This document shows, in pieces, positions 42,462-44,086 of a stretch of 44,086 nt of DNA; position 1 is the first letter of the stretch, and each line of letters opens with the position of its first letter. The stretch is from an uncultured archaeon. Lineage in GTDB: Archaea > Aenigmatarchaeota > Aenigmatarchaeia > CAZXUR01. The DNA lies in the NCBI GenBank assembly GCA_964644245.1, contig CAZXUR010000006.1:1-44086 (forward strand), read 5' to 3'. The notes under the pieces are model-generated. The model saw nothing but the letters and a program-made list of their open reading frames with translations, searched no databases and was not told the origin of the DNA. Both the position numbers and the translations under genes were made by a program.

Positions 42462-43109
42462 TTATATAAATCCCAAGGACTCGTCTATCCTGGCCAGTTC
42501 AGGGCCCCTGGTGGTCTCTGAGTAAAGGAAGCCGTTGGAGTTCGCAATTATAGCACTCTTCACGAAGAACGAACCCAGATTCACTGTTCCCATGTCACCT
42601 TCCACCCCCAGGACCTTTTCGAACAACTTGAACTCCTTGTCGGTCATATTGGGGCTGGCCAGGAATCCCTTGTTGGTGGCCACACACTGTGAGCCGATTA
42701 TCCTCGACCCTCCTATTCTCGTGACCTTCACAGGCACATCCAGGAACTTGCTTATGTCCTTCCTGTAGTCCTTCAGACAGTCTGAGACCAGACAGCCGTG
42801 GTCGTTGCACACCATCAGGTTTCCCAGGGCCGAGAAATTGGTATCCAGCTGGAGATGGTCCAAGTCCGGGATTTCATCCTTATTAGCGATCTTGGGCACC
42901 AGTATGCCTTGAGAGTTCCCATCAATGAATATTCCCAGGAAGTACAGGCTGTGAATGGTGGTCTGGAGCATCTTTACCTTCAGCACCTTCTTCAGGTCCT
43001 TCAACTGTTTCTTCCTCAAGAATCCAGGGACCAGTGCATACCCGTCAGTAGAGAGACCGTAAAGGCCGATGTTTGGGTCCTTCCTGAAGTTAGTCTGCAA
43101 CACATGCAT
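42462..43109 (-). CDS. eif6: translation initiation factor 6 (aIF6)
   Basis: NIGLYGLSTDGYALVP and five-fold repeat pattern. Conserved position. Confidence 0.9.
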   Translation of the reverse strand: MHVLQTNFRKDPNIGLYGLSTDGYALVPGFLRKKQLKDLKKVLKVKMLQTTIHSLYFLGIFIDGNSQGILVPKIANKDEIPDLDHLQLDTNFSALGNLMVCNDHGCLVSDCLKDYRKDISKFLDVPVKVTRIGGSRIIGSQCVATNKGFLASPNMTDKEFKLFEKVLGVEGDMGTVNLGSFFVKSAIIANSNGFLYSETTRGPELARIDESLGFI

Positions 43110-43113
43110 AGAA

Positions 43114-43362
43114 TCAACTTAGGCGTGGTTTTTTTAAATCTTCTATAGTCTCCATGAGCAGGTCTTCCCTGACATGATGGAAAGGGGTTTCGGTCAGCAC
43201 CAGTACCCGGCCATAACCGTCTCCATTCCCTTCCGGGATTATCTCAGAATTCACGCCTACCATCTGAAGCACTTTCCCCAAACGGTGGACGACCCTGGTT
43301 ATCTGGGTCTGATTGTAGTCCTTGCCCAGAAAGAAATATTCAGCGTCATTGTAGTTACTCAT
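43114..43362 (-). CDS. small hypothetical protein (82 aa), paralogue of 43355..43609
   Basis: The ATG at 43362 overlaps the upstream stop (ATGAGTAA). Shares the pattern h-h-h-(K/R)LG-x2-L-x3-G-x3-S-x-I, ...Y-(G/R)-x-hLVT and ...ED with its neighbour. Confidence 0.5.
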   Translation of the reverse strand: MSNYNDAEYFFLGKDYNQTQITRVVHRLGKVLQMVGVNSEIIPEGNGDGYGRVLVLTETPFHHVREDLLMETIEDLKKPRLS

Positions 43363-43609
43363 TGATACCACCCGATTCCGGCTCGTTCCTGAATTCGCTG
43401 ACCATGTCTTCAAGCATGAAGTCAGTTTCCTCATCCAGTTCGACTCCGGTCACCAGAAGCAGGCCCCTATAATTCTCTCCTGAATCGTTCTCGGTCACTA
43501 TGCAAGACCTCAATCCGATGTCTCTGAGAGTGGTACCCAGTTTATAGATAATGAAAGTTAGTTTAGAATCATCAGAGTCCCTGCCCAAATCCAAATGCTT
43601 GTAGAACAT
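43355..43609 (-). CDS. small hypothetical protein (84 aa), paralogue of 43114..43362
   Basis: ORF 4 nt after the L31e stop. Alignable with the downstream neighbour. Confidence 0.5.
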   Translation of the reverse strand: MFYKHLDLGRDSDDSKLTFIIYKLGTTLRDIGLRSCIVTENDSGENYRGLLLVTGVELDEETDFMLEDMVSEFRNEPESGGINE

Positions 43610-43613
43610 GATA

Positions 43614-44075
43614 TCACTTGTCCGGCGAGACTTTCTCCTTCCTGTTCTTTTGTGGCGTCTTTGTCTGGTCGCCAGAAGCCTTCTCTTTGCCTTCTATCTT
43701 GTCCTCCAATTCTTGTACCTTCTCTGACTTAGGACTTCCTCTCATGCCGGCAACCTTTTCCTTGAGTTTCTCTGCCATGCCTTTTTCCTCGATTTTCTTG
43801 GGCTTGAATTCCACGTACTCGTGCCCTTCCAATTCAGCTTTGACAATGTTCTTCCCATCCTTTTCCTCGGTCACTGCGAACACCCGCACACTGCGGGGCG
43901 GATTCTTGAGCCCGTTCTTCCACAGGTACTGGTTGAGGTTCTCGCCGATTTTAACACTTTCCGCGTCCATGTGTTTCTTCAGAAACTCCTTGACCATGTG
44001 TCCTGCATAATTGGCCCTAGAACTCCTGGACTTCTGGTAGGCTTTCTTCAGCGGGATGTTGTATATCTTTTCCAT
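43614..44075 (-). CDS. rpl31e: ribosomal protein L31e with Lys-rich C-terminal extension
   Basis: YNIPLKKAY..RANYAGHMVKEFLKKH..LNQYLWKNGLKNPPRSVRV. Confidence 0.85.
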   Translation of the reverse strand: MEKIYNIPLKKAYQKSRSSRANYAGHMVKEFLKKHMDAESVKIGENLNQYLWKNGLKNPPRSVRVFAVTEEKDGKNIVKAELEGHEYVEFKPKKIEEKGMAEKLKEKVAGMRGSPKSEKVQELEDKIEGKEKASGDQTKTPQKNRKEKVSPDK

Positions 44076-44086
44076 GCTATCACTTA

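Overview
Archaeal chromosomal fragment. Evidence: two TFB genes, proteasome alpha, SBDS, exosome Rrp4/Rrp41/Rrp42, SRP54, FtsY, prefoldin alpha, aIF6, L31e, Rad50/Mre11/HerA, class III (pilin-type) signal peptides, and TTTAAA-type TATA boxes about 25 nt before most starts. Many gene products carry Lys-rich tails, which suggests a small-genome uncultivated lineage (inference only). The window has two compartments. (i) nt 1 to ~8500 is a visibly AT-rich accessory island. Six same-orientation copies of a 30-57 nt gene-end repeat, encoding ..KNPPKEC(R/K)xCPELPGKY(R/G)-stop, delimit five cassettes of 0.56-2.0 kb. Each cassette is one self-contained module: membrane protein plus SNase-like nuclease; methyltransferase plus unknown partner; RDD membrane protein; short precursor peptide plus radical SAM/SPASM enzyme plus transglutaminase-like protease; nucleotidyltransferase plus wHTH (AbiE-like) pair. 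(ii) ~8500-44086 is a higher-GC, mostly minus-strand core. It holds VapBC, DNA repair genes (HhH-GPD glycosylase, family-4 UDG, HerA, Rad50, Mre11), the psmA-SBDS-rrp4-rrp41-rrp42 superoperon, the L31e-aIF6-pfdA-ftsY cluster, SRP54, tandem TFBs, and several Cys-rich or pilin-like surface proteins. I recognised no rRNA, tRNA, CRISPR array, transposase or integrase. The most interesting items are the repeat-delimited cassette array and the compact RiPP-like cassette inside it. All calls come from reading motifs by eye; no database search was run.
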